Assembly (NCBI GenBank): GCA_963714865.1
Contig: CAVQPR010000001.1
Coordinates: 12,775 to 76,774, forward strand
Length of the DNA stretch: 64,000 nucleotides
From: an uncultured Actinomycetes bacterium
GTDB taxonomy: Bacteria > Actinomycetota > UBA4738 > HRBIN12
Direction: 5' to 3'
The notes under the pieces were generated by a model, which was given only the letters and a program-made list of their open reading frames with translations, was not told the DNA's origin and did not search any database. Within the stretch, counting starts at the first letter, position 1, and each line of letters begins with the position of its first letter. Positions 12,773-22,856 of the stretch are shown here, piece by piece. Both the position numbers and the translations under genes were made by a program.

Positions 12773-13858
12773 ATGGCCGAACGGGTGAATAGACCTTCTT
12801 CCTCCACGTCCCGACCGTCCCAAGGGACGGAGGGGGTACTCGGGTTCCTTGGTCGCGACATGGCCGTCGACCTCGGCACCGCGAACACGCTCGTCTACGT
12901 GCGTGGCCGCGGGGTCGTGTTGAACGAGCCGAGCGTCGTCGCGATCAACACCCTGAGTGGAGCCATCCTTGCCGTGGGCTCCGAGGCCAAGCGCATGATC
13001 GGGCGCACGCCATCGCACATCCAGGCGGTGCGTCCCCTGAAGGACGGCGTGATCGCCGACTTCGACGTCACCGAGAAGATGCTGCGCTACTTCATCCAGA
13101 AGGTGCACAAGCGCCGCCTGCTGGCCAAGCCGCGCGTGGTCGTGTGCGTCCCCTCGGGGATCACGGGCGTCGAGCAGCGCGCGGTCGAGGAGGCCACGAT
13201 CGCCGCGGGCAGCCGCCGTGCCTACATCATCGAGGAGCCGATGGCCGCCGCGATCGGCGCCGGGCTGCCGATCCACGAGCCGACCGGCAACATGGTCGTC
13301 GACATCGGCGGCGGCACGACCGAGGTCGCCGTGATCTCGCTGGGTGGGATCGTCACCTCGACGAGCATCCGCATCGGCGGCGACGAGCTCGACGAGGCGA
13401 TCATCCAGCACGTCAAGAAGGAGTATTCGCTCCTGCTGGGTGAGAGGACCTCCGAGGCCATCAAGCTCGCGATCGCCAGCGTGTTCCCGATGCCCGAGGA
13501 GCTGGTGGCCGAGATCAAGGGTCGCGACCTCATCAGCGGACTCCCCAAGACGATCACGATCTCGGCCGAGGAGATCCGCCGCGCGATCGAGGAGCCGGTG
13601 AACGCCATCATCGACGCGATCAAGACCACGCTCGACCGCACACCGCCGGAGCTGTCGGCCGACATCATGGATCGGGGCATCGTCCTCACCGGTGGCGGCG
13701 CCTTGCTGCGCGGGCTGGACAAGCGGCTGCGGCACGAGACGGGGATGCCGGTGCGCATCGCCGACATGCCGCTGCAGGCCGTCGTCCTAGGGTCGGGCAA
13801 GTGCCTGGAGGAGTTCGAGGTCCTCCAGCGGGTCCTGGTCAGCCCCTCCCGCCGGTAG
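12773..13858 (+). CDS. mreB: rod shape-determining actin homologue MreB
   Basis: DLGTANTLVYVRGRGVVLNEPSVVAI, DIGGGTTEVAVIS and TGGGALLRGLD. The start is ambiguous: the ORF opens at 12728, and ATGs occur at 12773 and ~12860. Confidence 0.9.
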   Translation: MAERVNRPSSSTSRPSQGTEGVLGFLGRDMAVDLGTANTLVYVRGRGVVLNEPSVVAINTLSGAILAVGSEAKRMIGRTPSHIQAVRPLKDGVIADFDVTEKMLRYFIQKVHKRRLLAKPRVVVCVPSGITGVEQRAVEEATIAAGSRRAYIIEEPMAAAIGAGLPIHEPTGNMVVDIGGGTTEVAVISLGGIVTSTSIRIGGDELDEAIIQHVKKEYSLLLGERTSEAIKLAIASVFPMPEELVAEIKGRDLISGLPKTITISAEEIRRAIEEPVNAIIDAIKTTLDRTPPELSADIMDRGIVLTGGGALLRGLDKRLRHETGMPVRIADMPLQAVVLGSGKCLEEFEVLQRVLVSPSRR

Positions 13859-13863
13859 CCGGC

Positions 13864-14736
13864 GTGGTCACGCGGCAGCGCCCCCGCAGCACGCGGCTCC
13901 TGGTGGTCATCCTCGTCTCCATCTCCCTCGCGGTGATCACGCTCGACTACCGGCAGGGTCCGACCGGCCCGCTGGCATCGGCGGGACGGGGCACCCGCGC
14001 CGTCATAGCCCCCCTGCAGTCCGGCGTCACCGCGGTCACGCGCCCGATCGGCGACTTCTTCTCAGGACTGGCACACCTGCCCGCGCTCGAGAGTGAGAAC
14101 CGCCGGCTTGAGGCCGAGGTGGCCGAGCTTCGAGGGCAGCTCCAGGTCGACGGGTTCCGCTACGAGGAATACCTCGGCCTGCTCGATCTCCTCGAGCTCC
14201 GGCAGAGCCTCGATCCAGAGGCCGTCACCGCGAGCGTGATCAGCAACGGCGTGTCGAACTTCGAGTGGACCGTGACGATCGACCGTGGCTCAGCCGACGG
14301 GCTGGCCCCCGACATGGTGGTGGTGGCGGGGACCGCCCTGGCACCGCTGCTCGTCGGCATCGTCGCGGACGTCACCGATCACTCCGCCGTCGTGCAGCTC
14401 ATGCTCGACCGTGACTGGGCCGCCGCGGGGGTCATCGGGACCGCGCAGGGCGAGGCGGGTCTGGTCCAAGGCCAAGGCGACGACGACCTCAAGATGAGTC
14501 TGGTGGAGCCCGGCACGGAGATCGACGGCAACGCCCCTGTGTTCACGCTGGGCTACCAGGTCGGCGGGAACCCCGGGCTCTACCCTCCGGGGTTGCTGAT
14601 CGGGCAGGTGTCGCGGACCGTGCCCGACGAGAACGCCATCCAGGAGTTCGTGAACGTCCGTCCTGCCGTGGACTTCGCCACGCTGCAGTTCGTGCTGGTG
14701 CTGAAGACAGCGCCCGACGCGGAGCCCACGCCCTGA
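13864..14736 (+). CDS. mreC: rod shape-determining protein MreC
   Basis: An N-terminal TM helix (LLVVILVSISLAVITL) is followed by a coiled coil (ENRRLEAEVAELRGQL) and a beta-rich domain. GTG sits just after the mreB stop. Confidence 0.8.
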   Translation: MVTRQRPRSTRLLVVILVSISLAVITLDYRQGPTGPLASAGRGTRAVIAPLQSGVTAVTRPIGDFFSGLAHLPALESENRRLEAEVAELRGQLQVDGFRYEEYLGLLDLLELRQSLDPEAVTASVISNGVSNFEWTVTIDRGSADGLAPDMVVVAGTALAPLLVGIVADVTDHSAVVQLMLDRDWAAAGVIGTAQGEAGLVQGQGDDDLKMSLVEPGTEIDGNAPVFTLGYQVGGNPGLYPPGLLIGQVSRTVPDENAIQEFVNVRPAVDFATLQFVLVLKTAPDAEPTP

Positions 14737-15245
14737 TGGCGCGTCGGATCCTCGTCATCGCGGCCGTCTTGATCACCGCCCTCGTCCTGCAATCGACCGT
14801 GTTCTCCCAGCTCAAGCTCCTGGGAGCCCGGCCCGAGCTCGTCTTCCTCGTGACGATCCTGATCGCGTTCATCGAGGGACCGAAGGAGGGGGCGGTCGTC
14901 GGGTTCATCGGCGGCATGCTGCAGGACTTCATGATGAACCAGCCCAAGGGCCTCACTGCCCTGACGCTGACGCTGCTGGGCTACGCGATCGGGATGTCGC
15001 GCCAGTACATCGTCTCGGCCTCCCCGCTCCTGCCCACGTTCCTCGTGTTCGTCGGCACGGCGGCGGCGATGGTCTTCTACCAGGTCGTCGCGTTCCTGCT
15101 GAACCAGCTGTCACAGCCGGTCGCATACTCCGTGAGGGTCACGCTGCTCACCGCGGCCTACGGGGCCGTGCTGACGCCGATCGTGTACCCGCTCCTTCGA
15201 CGAGTGCTCGAAGGCTCGAGACCGACGAGGGTGGTGCGGTTCTAG
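14736..15245 (+). CDS. mreD: rod shape-determining protein MreD
   Basis: 169-aa polytopic membrane protein. Its start overlaps the mreC stop (TGATG), and it lies between mreC and the PBP2 gene. Confidence 0.7.
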   Translation: MARRILVIAAVLITALVLQSTVFSQLKLLGARPELVFLVTILIAFIEGPKEGAVVGFIGGMLQDFMMNQPKGLTALTLTLLGYAIGMSRQYIVSASPLLPTFLVFVGTAAAMVFYQVVAFLLNQLSQPVAYSVRVTLLTAAYGAVLTPIVYPLLRRVLEGSRPTRVVRF

Positions 15246-17171
15246 ATGGAGAAGGCGTCGTCGAGGCTGCGCATCCTCGCCCTGATCATGGTCGTGATGT
15301 TCGCTGCGCTGTTCACCCGCCTGTGGTTCCTGCAGGTGCTCGCGGTCGAGCAGAACCGCGACAAGGCGCGCAACAACAGCGTACGGACGGTCCAGACCGA
15401 CGCCCTGCGCGGCGGGATCGTCGACGCGCGAGGCAAGGAACTCGTCAGCAACCAGGCGAGCCTGGAGGTGCGCGTCCGACCCGACCAGCTGGGACCCGAG
15501 CCCGACCGCGTGTTGCTGGACCTGGCCGATCTCCTCGGCATCGACGTGAAGGAGATCACGCGGAGCCTGCAGGATCCGGAATTCTTCGAGTACCAGCCCA
15601 AGCCGGTGGCCGAGTTCGTGTCCGAGGAGGTCGCCTACTACATCTGGGAGCATCCGCGGGACTTCCCGGGCGTCACGGTCGTCGAGACCAGCGTGCGCGA
15701 GTACCCGTACGCGAACCGGCCCGCCTTCGAGAACCCCACCTTCGCGGCCCACGTGCTCGGCTATCTGGGCCAGATCAACGAGACGGAGGTCGGTACGAAG
15801 CGGTTCAAGGGCTACGGGGTCAGCGACCTCGTCGGCCGCGCCGGGCTCGAGCAGTCGTACGAGAAGTGGCTGCGGGGGGAGCGGGGTCTGGAGAAGTACG
15901 TGGTCAACTCCGACGGCGAGACGCTCCGCAGGCTCGGCGGACAGCCGCCGACGCCGGGTCACACGCTCGTGCTGGCGCTCGACGGCCGTGTCCAGACCGC
16001 TGCCCAGCAGGAGCTGATCGCGGGCATCGATCGCGCTCGCACGATCGTCGACGAAAGCAGCGGCACCTACCTCAAGGCCGACGGCGGCGCCGCGATCGTG
16101 CTGGACGTCGAGACGTCGGGGATCGTCGCGATGGTGTCGTGGCCCGCCTACGACCCGGAGTGGTTCGTCCACGGCCTCACCAAACAGCAGGACCGCTACC
16201 TCAACGACGCCGACAAGCTGGCGCCCGCCCTCAACCGCTCGACGCAGCAGATCTATGCGCCGGGGTCCACGTTCAAGCCGTTCTCGGCGCTCGCCGCCGT
16301 GAAGGAGGGCATCGCGACCCTCGGCGGCTACTACCCCTGCCCCTCGGAGTACGTCGTCCCCGGCGACGAGTCGGGAGCTTCGTTCACGAACTGGAACCCC
16401 GTGGACCAGGGGAGCATCAGCATCTACGAGTCGCTCGTGCAGTCCTGCGACACCGTGTACTACGACTTCGGCTCGAAGTTCTTCTTCCGTTGGCAGCAGA
16501 ACCAGCTGGGGGAGAACAGCGAGCCCTTCCAGCGCGACCTCAAGGCCTGGAGCTTCGGCCGGGGGACCGGCGTCGACCTGCCGCTCGAGGCGCAAGGCAC
16601 GATCCCCGACGCCGCGTTCGCGATCGAGCATCCCGAGATCTATCCGGACGGGCCGATCCCGGGCATCAACATCCTGCTCTCGATCGGATCGGGAGAGACC
16701 AAGATCACCCCGCTGCAGCTGGCCACCGGCTACCTGGCCCTCGCGAACGGAGGCAAGGTGTGCCGCCCCCACCTGGTGGATAGGATCGTCGACGCGGAGG
16801 GGGTGACCGTCAAGCAGATCGGGACGCGATGCGACCGCGAGCTCCCCTACTCCCAGGCCCAGCTGAACTACATCTTGAACGCTCTCAGCGGCGTGACCTC
16901 GGACGGTACCGCCCGGTTCGCGTTCAGTGGCTTCCCGCTGAGCACGTACCCCATCGCGGGCAAGACGGGGACCGCCGAGCGGCCGCCCTTCCAGGACACC
17001 TCGTGGTTCGCCGGCATCGTGCCGGCCAACGACCCGAAGTACGTGGTCGTCGCGATGGTGGAGCAGGGCGGATTCGGCTCGACGACGGCGGCCCCGATCG
17101 TGCGGCGCATCATCGAGCGCATCTACGGCATCGAGTCGACGGGGCCGATCTCGGGGGGGTCCCAGGACTGA
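15246..17171 (+). CDS. mrdA: penicillin-binding protein 2 (elongasome transpeptidase)
   Basis: Motifs STFKPF (SxxK), SCD (SxN-like) and KTGTAE. N-terminal TM anchor. The ATG abuts the mreD stop. Confidence 0.9.
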   Translation: MEKASSRLRILALIMVVMFAALFTRLWFLQVLAVEQNRDKARNNSVRTVQTDALRGGIVDARGKELVSNQASLEVRVRPDQLGPEPDRVLLDLADLLGIDVKEITRSLQDPEFFEYQPKPVAEFVSEEVAYYIWEHPRDFPGVTVVETSVREYPYANRPAFENPTFAAHVLGYLGQINETEVGTKRFKGYGVSDLVGRAGLEQSYEKWLRGERGLEKYVVNSDGETLRRLGGQPPTPGHTLVLALDGRVQTAAQQELIAGIDRARTIVDESSGTYLKADGGAAIVLDVETSGIVAMVSWPAYDPEWFVHGLTKQQDRYLNDADKLAPALNRSTQQIYAPGSTFKPFSALAAVKEGIATLGGYYPCPSEYVVPGDESGASFTNWNPVDQGSISIYESLVQSCDTVYYDFGSKFFFRWQQNQLGENSEPFQRDLKAWSFGRGTGVDLPLEAQGTIPDAAFAIEHPEIYPDGPIPGINILLSIGSGETKITPLQLATGYLALANGGKVCRPHLVDRIVDAEGVTVKQIGTRCDRELPYSQAQLNYILNALSGVTSDGTARFAFSGFPLSTYPIAGKTGTAERPPFQDTSWFAGIVPANDPKYVVVAMVEQGGFGSTTAAPIVRRIIERIYGIESTGPISGGSQD

Positions 17172-18316
17172 TGGACATCGTCGCCGGCCGCACGGTCGCA
17201 CAGGAGCGTCGACCGATCCGTCACATCGATCCCGTGCTGCTCGCCGTCGCCTTCGCGCTGACGATCTTGGGGCTGTTCCTGATCTACTCGGCGACCAACC
17301 AAACCCTTCGCCAGGACAGCCTGGACCCCTTCGACCGGGTGAACAAGCAGGTCATCACCATGATCCTCGGCGTCGTGATCATGCTGGTCATCGCCGGCTT
17401 CGACTACCGGTTCTTCAAGGTGTACTCCGGGTTCATCTTCGGCGTGACCCTGATCCTGCTCCTGCTGGTCCACATCCCGGGCGTGTCCTCGGGCGGCACG
17501 ACCAACTACATCGATATCCCGGGGGCGAGCCTGCTGCAGCTGAGTCCGTCGGAGTTCGCGAAGATCGGGCTCATCGTGATCATGGCCGCGATGTTGTCCG
17601 AGCTGCGCGGTCCCGTGCCCACCGTCCAGGACCTCACACGCGTGCTGGGCGTGGCGGGCGTCACGATCGCCTTGGTGTTCGTCAACGTCGAGATCGGCAC
17701 GGTGATCGTGCTGGTCGCCATCACCGTCGGGATGCTCGTCGTCGCCGGCACGAAGGCGAAGCACCTGCTCCTGCTGGCGGCCACGTCGGCGATCTTGATC
17801 CTGCTCGCTTTCCAGCTGGGCGTGATCCGTGAGTACCAGGTGGACCGCCTGATCGCGTTCCTCGACTCTGGCAACGCGGCCGCCGACGCCCGCTACAACC
17901 TCGACCAGTCCCAGATCGCCGTGGGGTCGGGAGGCATGTTCGGACGGGGGTATCTGAACGGGACACAGACCAACCTGGACTACGTGCCCGAGCAGCACAC
18001 CGACTTCATCTTCACGGTGGCGGGAGAGGAGTTCGGATTCTTCGGCGCCGCCTTCGTGCTGGGGCTGTTCGCGTTGCTGCTGTGGCGCGCGATCCGGATC
18101 GCGTACCTGTCCAAGGATCCCTTCGGCACGTATGCCTCGGTCGGGATCGCCTCGATGTTCGCGATGCAGATCTTCGTCAACGTCGGCATGGTGGTCGGCA
18201 TCATGCCGATCACGGGTATCCCGTTGCCCTTCCTCAGCTACGGGGGATCGGCGATGCTCGTGAACTACGTGGCGATCGGGCTGTTGCTGAGCATCCACAT
18301 GCGCCGGTTCAAGTAG
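17171..18316 (+). CDS. rodA: SEDS-family peptidoglycan polymerase RodA
   Basis: 381-aa polytopic FtsW/RodA/SpoVE family protein (PEQHTDFIFTVAGEEFGF, GIPLPFLSYGGSAML). ATG 17171 overlaps the mrdA stop (ATGA). Confidence 0.9.
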   Translation: MDIVAGRTVAQERRPIRHIDPVLLAVAFALTILGLFLIYSATNQTLRQDSLDPFDRVNKQVITMILGVVIMLVIAGFDYRFFKVYSGFIFGVTLILLLLVHIPGVSSGGTTNYIDIPGASLLQLSPSEFAKIGLIVIMAAMLSELRGPVPTVQDLTRVLGVAGVTIALVFVNVEIGTVIVLVAITVGMLVVAGTKAKHLLLLAATSAILILLAFQLGVIREYQVDRLIAFLDSGNAAADARYNLDQSQIAVGSGGMFGRGYLNGTQTNLDYVPEQHTDFIFTVAGEEFGFFGAAFVLGLFALLLWRAIRIAYLSKDPFGTYASVGIASMFAMQIFVNVGMVVGIMPITGIPLPFLSYGGSAMLVNYVAIGLLLSIHMRRFK

Positions 18317-18334
18317 CGCCTGGCCCCCTGGAAC

Positions 18335-19573
18335 TCATGCCTCCTGCGGGAGGGTGACGGTCCACATGAACGTGGACCCCTGGGGTCCAGTGGACTCGAG
18401 CGTCACGTCGCCGTCCATCGCGCGGGCCGACATGCGTGCCAGGGTGAGCCCCAGGCCGACGCCCTGATGGTGACGGGTGTTCAGTTCCTCGCCCTGCTCG
18501 AGCGGGTCGAAGATCCGCGGCAGGATGTCCGGGTCGATCCCCGGTCCCACGTCGGTGATGCGGACCTCCGGCCCGTGGCCGTTCATCCGGACCTCGATCG
18601 TGACGGCGCTGTCGTCGGGGGAAAAGGCGAGGGCGTTCTCGACCAGTTCCTCGACGATCCGGCGGGCGGCCGTGCGGTTCAGGGTCGCCATCGTTGGGCC
18701 ACCCTGGGCCTCGACACGAACCCTGGGATACGGCTGTGCCACCTCGCGAGCGACCTGAGTGACGTCGGCCCACTCGGTCAGGCCCGCCTCCACGGCCGCC
18801 TCGAAGCGTTGAACGAGCTTCGACAGGCTCTCGGCTCGGTCCACCAGGCTGGCCAGGATCTCGGCCCGCTCCTCGGGCGCGGCGGTGCCGTTGTTCAGCG
18901 TCGAGGCCATGCCCAGGATCACCGTCACGGGGGTGCGCAGCTCGTGTCCGAGCCGTGACACGAGCTCGTGCCGGCGGGCGGCCCGCTCCAGGAGCGCCTC
19001 TTGCGCGATCTCGAGCTGACGCGTACGCCGGCGCTCGCGCTCCAGCGCCTCGGTCAGCTCCTCGATCACGGTCGGCGTGACCTCCGGAGAGATGACCCCG
19101 CCGCCGGTGGCCGCCTGGCGCACGGCGTGGAGGATCTCGTCGCCGTCGGAGTCCTTCAGCACGTACCCGGAGGCCCCGGCGACCAACATGTCGCGGACCG
19201 CGCGCTGGTCCTCGTTGCCCGTGAGGGCCACGATGCCGAGGGACGGGTACAGCGCCTTGAGCTGACGCGTAGCCTCGACCCCTCCCATGGATGGCATCCG
19301 TACGTCCATGAGTACGACGTCGGGCCGGATGGCCGTCACCATGGCGAGCGCCTCGTGGCCGTCGCCGGCCTGACCGACCACGGACATCTCGTCGGTGTCG
19401 AGCAGCATCACGAGCGATTCGCGGAAGCCCGCGTTGTCGTCGACGACGAGCACCCTGACCTGGGCCTGCGCGTTGCGGCTCGATGCTACTTCGAGGGTCA
19501 TAGCTGAAGTGTCGGTGCTCCGTTCGGCCTCGCGCATGGGGCGAGTGGCCGATTCGTCGCCGGCGGGGACCAC
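18335..19573 (-). CDS. hybrid receiver-histidine kinase (REC-HisKA-HATPase, no sensor or TM domain)
   Basis: N-terminal receiver (VLVVDDNAGF...DVVLMDVRMP...GYVLKD) is followed by the H-box LGHELRTPVTVILG and a HATPase G-box GVGLGLTLAR. The likely start is ATG ~19501. Confidence 0.8.
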   Translation of the reverse strand: MVPAGDESATRPMREAERSTDTSAMTLEVASSRNAQAQVRVLVVDDNAGFRESLVMLLDTDEMSVVGQAGDGHEALAMVTAIRPDVVLMDVRMPSMGGVEATRQLKALYPSLGIVALTGNEDQRAVRDMLVAGASGYVLKDSDGDEILHAVRQAATGGGVISPEVTPTVIEELTEALERERRRTRQLEIAQEALLERAARRHELVSRLGHELRTPVTVILGMASTLNNGTAAPEERAEILASLVDRAESLSKLVQRFEAAVEAGLTEWADVTQVAREVAQPYPRVRVEAQGGPTMATLNRTAARRIVEELVENALAFSPDDSAVTIEVRMNGHGPEVRITDVGPGIDPDILPRIFDPLEQGEELNTRHHQGVGLGLTLARMSARAMDGDVTLESTGPQGSTFMWTVTLPQEA

Positions 19574-20004
19574 ACGCCGGATGGACCCACCGAACTAGGG
19601 CGAGCGGGTGCCGGCTCGTCCCCGTTCTCCCTACAGCGAGGACGTGCATCCGCGCAGGTCACGGGGCGAACTCGCTCATGAGACGGCGGTCGCTGCTATG
19701 CTCGGTCCAGATGTGCCCGCCGTGGCGCGCCACAGAAGCGCGCAGCCGCAGGCGGGATGGAAGCGATACCGAGGTGGCGCGCGATCGCGCCGGCAGGACC
19801 GAAGCGGCTCCGCCGGATGCATCGCAAGCGCCGGACAAGGACGTAACCGGGTGCGCGACGACGCGCTGAGCCCGGCGCGCGAAGGCCTCCCGGCCCCGCA
19901 GCGCGGGCTCGAAGAACGATCGGTCCCCGCAAGGTGGTTGACCCGTACCCGGAACGCCTGTCTCGCGCACGTCCCTTCGGAACGAGTGAAGGGAGCATCC
20001 CATC
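19574..20004 (+). promoter_or_regulatory. long divergent intergenic region / putative structured 5' leader of rne
   Basis: ~430 nt without a credible ORF between the divergent kinase gene and rne. SD GAAGGGAG lies 8 nt upstream of GTG 20005. A regulatory role is inferred from known rne autoregulation in other bacteria. Confidence 0.3.
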
Positions 20005-22176
20005 GTGGATGACAGCAAGACCCAGACGGCGCCGGCCTCCGACGCCGCCGCAGAACGACTGGCCGCGTTCAAGCGCGGCGCTCCGACGGCCAAGCCGAAG
20101 GCCGATCCGAAACAGAAGGCCGAGCCCAAGCCCAAGCCCAAGGCGGCCCCGAAACCAAAGGCAGACACGAAGCCCAAGGCGGACCCCAAGCCGAGGACCA
20201 GGTCTGCGAGCAAGCCCGCGAGCGACGAGGCCCCCAAGGAGCCCAAGCCCAGGTCCGGGTCCCGGCCGAAGGCCGAAACGAGCTCGGGATCCAGGCCGAC
20301 GACCTCACCCCAGACCAGGAGCTCCGAGGACGGTTCGTCCGGCGACGGCGGCTCCACCACCTCCGGTAGCCGCCGGCGTCGCGGGAGCCGTGGGCGCGGC
20401 GGCGCGAAGGCCGGTGGCACCCGCCCCGAGGGGGCCAACGAGTCGGCGAAGCCCGAAGAGCCTCGGCAGGGTGCTCGTCAGGGTCCCAAGGCGGACACGT
20501 CGGGTCCCCAAGAGCAGAAGTCCGACACGGCCGACGCCGCCGACGCGCCGAGCTCGGCGCCCCGGCGCCGACGCCGTGGCGGCAGGGGGCGCGGCGGTTC
20601 GAAGCCCGCGGGAGCGGCGACGGAGGGCGGCGACGGCCAGGTTGCCGAAACAGCTCAGACCCAGCGTGACGACGCGACCCCCGACGCGCCGGCATCGGGC
20701 TCGCGATCGAGCTCGTCCCGACGCCGCCGTCGCGGCTCGGGCAAGGGAGCGCCTGCCGAGGCGGCATCCGATGCGACCGCCAAGAAGGCGCGTCCGATGT
20801 CGATCGAGGAACAGGTGGCCTCCGGCGGTCCGACGCGCGGTCTGCGCAGCACGAGATCGAGAACCGGCCGGCCGAACAGCGGGGGCGGACGCGGCCGTCG
20901 TCGTCGTGAGCCGATCATCGTGCCGCCACGCATCACCGACAAGCTGATGGTGATCACCGAGCACGGCGAGCGCGACCAGATCGCGGTGCTCGAGGAGGAC
21001 GTGCTCGTCCAGCACTACGTCACGCGGACCGGCGCCACCTCGATGGTGGGCAACGTCTACCTGGGGCGCGTCCAGAACGTCCTGCCCGGCATGGAGGCGG
21101 CCTTCGTCGACATCGGCCGTGGCCGCAACGGCGTGCTGTATGCGGGCGAGGTCAACTACCGGCCCGAGGATCTCGACGGTCCTGCGCCTCGGATCGAGCA
21201 CGTGCTCAAGTCCGGCCAGGCCGTGGTCGTGCAGGTCACGAAGGACCCTATGGGCGGCAAGGGGGCACGGCTGACGGCGCAGATATCGCTTCCGGGCCGG
21301 TTCCTCGTGTTCGCGCCGGCTCAGTCCGTGTCCGGCATCAGTCGCCGGCTCCCCGACGAGGAGCGCAAGCGACTGAAGTCGATCATGCGCAAGATCAAGC
21401 CCGACGGCGACGGCGTGATCGTGCGGACCGCGGCCGAGGGTGCGAGCGAGGAGGCCATCACCGCCGACCTCGATCGCCTCGTCATGCAGTGGGCGGAGAT
21501 CCAGAAGCGGGCCAAGAAGGTCAAGGCGCCGGCCGTGCTGTACGAGGAGCCCGAACTCACGCTGCGCGTCGTGCGCGATCTGTTCACCGACGAGGAATAC
21601 CGGGGGCTCGTCACCGACTCGCAGCGTGTGTACGACCGGGTGATGGCCTACGTGAGCGACGTTGCACCGGATCTGGAGCCCAAGGTGACGTTGCACACCG
21701 GCAAGCTGCCTGCCTTCGAGGAGCATCGGATCGTCGAGCAGATCCACAAGGCGTTGGACAAGAAGGTGTGGCTCCCCTCCGGCGGCTACCTGTTCATCGA
21801 GCGCACCGAGGCGATGACGATCATCGACGTCAACACCGGCAAGGCGGTCGGCAAGACGAATCTGGAAGAGACCGTGAAGAAGACGAACCTCGAGGCGGCC
21901 TCCGAGGTGGCGCGTCAGCTGCGGCTGCGCGACATCGGCGGGATCATCGTGATCGACTTCATCGACATGCTCCTGGAGAAGAACAAGCAGCAGGTCGAGG
22001 ACACGATGCGCGAGGCCCTCGCGATCGACAAGACGCGCTCGCAGGTCTACGAGATCGGACCGCTGGGGCTCATGCAGGTCACGCGCAAGCGCGTGTCGAG
22101 CGGTCTGGTTGAGTCGTTCTCCGATACGTGCCCGACCTGTGAGGGCCGGGGCATCCTGGTCAACTACGAAGCCTGA
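20005..22176 (+). CDS. rne: ribonuclease E/G family endoribonuclease with a Lys/Pro/Arg-rich N-terminal disordered region
   Basis: S1 domain VGNVYLGRVQNVLPGMEAAFVDIG, the catalytic region, and the Zn-link CPTCEGRG at the C-terminus. About 310 N-terminal residues are KP/KA/RR low complexity. Confidence 0.9.
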   Translation: MDDSKTQTAPASDAAAERLAAFKRGAPTAKPKADPKQKAEPKPKPKAAPKPKADTKPKADPKPRTRSASKPASDEAPKEPKPRSGSRPKAETSSGSRPTTSPQTRSSEDGSSGDGGSTTSGSRRRRGSRGRGGAKAGGTRPEGANESAKPEEPRQGARQGPKADTSGPQEQKSDTADAADAPSSAPRRRRRGGRGRGGSKPAGAATEGGDGQVAETAQTQRDDATPDAPASGSRSSSSRRRRRGSGKGAPAEAASDATAKKARPMSIEEQVASGGPTRGLRSTRSRTGRPNSGGGRGRRRREPIIVPPRITDKLMVITEHGERDQIAVLEEDVLVQHYVTRTGATSMVGNVYLGRVQNVLPGMEAAFVDIGRGRNGVLYAGEVNYRPEDLDGPAPRIEHVLKSGQAVVVQVTKDPMGGKGARLTAQISLPGRFLVFAPAQSVSGISRRLPDEERKRLKSIMRKIKPDGDGVIVRTAAEGASEEAITADLDRLVMQWAEIQKRAKKVKAPAVLYEEPELTLRVVRDLFTDEEYRGLVTDSQRVYDRVMAYVSDVAPDLEPKVTLHTGKLPAFEEHRIVEQIHKALDKKVWLPSGGYLFIERTEAMTIIDVNTGKAVGKTNLEETVKKTNLEAASEVARQLRLRDIGGIIVIDFIDMLLEKNKQQVEDTMREALAIDKTRSQVYEIGPLGLMQVTRKRVSSGLVESFSDTCPTCEGRGILVNYEA

Positions 22177-22191
22177 CGGAAGGACCCACAC

Positions 22192-22581
22192 ATGTACGCG
22201 GTGATCAAGACGGGCGGCAAGCAGCAGAAGGTCAAGGCGGGCGACGTGATCGAGGTGGAAAAGCTGGTCCACGAGGGCGAGACGATCACCTTCCAGCCGA
22301 TCCTGGTGGTCGAGGACGACGGCACCACGCATGCGGGTGCGGCCGCCGCCACCGCGACCGTGACCGCGACCCCCTTGTCGGACAAGAAGGGCGACAAGAT
22401 CAAGATCTTCAAGTACCGGCCCAAGTCCGGATACGCGCGCCGGGCGGGGCACCGTCAGCTGCTGACGCTGTTGCAGATCGACGACGTCAAGCTCGGCCCC
22501 GCGAAGAAGAAGCCGGCCGTCAAGGCGACCGAGGCCGACGCCGTCGAGGCCACCGAGACCGCGGCTGAGACCGCCGAGTAG
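22192..22581 (+). CDS. rplU: 50S ribosomal protein L21
   Basis: [18 protein letters not shown], with an Ala/Glu-rich C-terminal extension. Confidence 0.95.
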   Translation: MYAVIKTGGKQQKVKAGDVIEVEKLVHEGETITFQPILVVEDDGTTHAGAAAATATVTATPLSDKKGDKIKIFKYRPKSGYARRAGHRQLLTLLQIDDVKLGPAKKKPAVKATEADAVEATETAAETAE

Positions 22582-22601
22582 CTGCTAGGCTCTGGCTCCT
22601 T

Positions 22602-22856
22602 ATGGCACACAAGAAGGGCGGCGGCTCGTCCCGAAACGGCCGCGATTCCAACGCGAAACGCCTGGGCGTCAAGGCCTACGGCGGAGAGGCCGTGACGGCC
22701 GGAGCCGTGATCGTGCGTCAGCGCGGCACGCGGATCCACCCCGGCGAGGGCGTCGGCAAGGGCGGCGACGACACCCTGTTCGCCCTTCGCGAGGGTCAGG
22801 TGCTGTACCACGAGTCCCGGGGCCGAAAGTACGCCTCGGTGACGCCCGCCTCCTGA
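22602..22856 (+). CDS. rpmA: 50S ribosomal protein L27
   Basis: [24 protein letters not shown]. Confidence 0.95.
   Translation: MAHKKGGGSSRNGRDSNAKRLGVKAYGGEAVTAGAVIVRQRGTRIHPGEGVGKGGDDTLFALREGQVLYHESRGRKYASVTPAS

Noticed and set aside
15111-17201. 696-aa minus-strand ORF
   Set aside because: Antisense to the PBP2 gene, which has SxxK and KTG motifs. Shadow ORF.
20305-22452. 715-aa minus-strand ORF, and the 259-aa ORF 19659..20438
   Set aside because: They are antisense to rne and rplU or span the rne leader. They have low-complexity Arg/Gly/Pro composition, no start signals and no domains.
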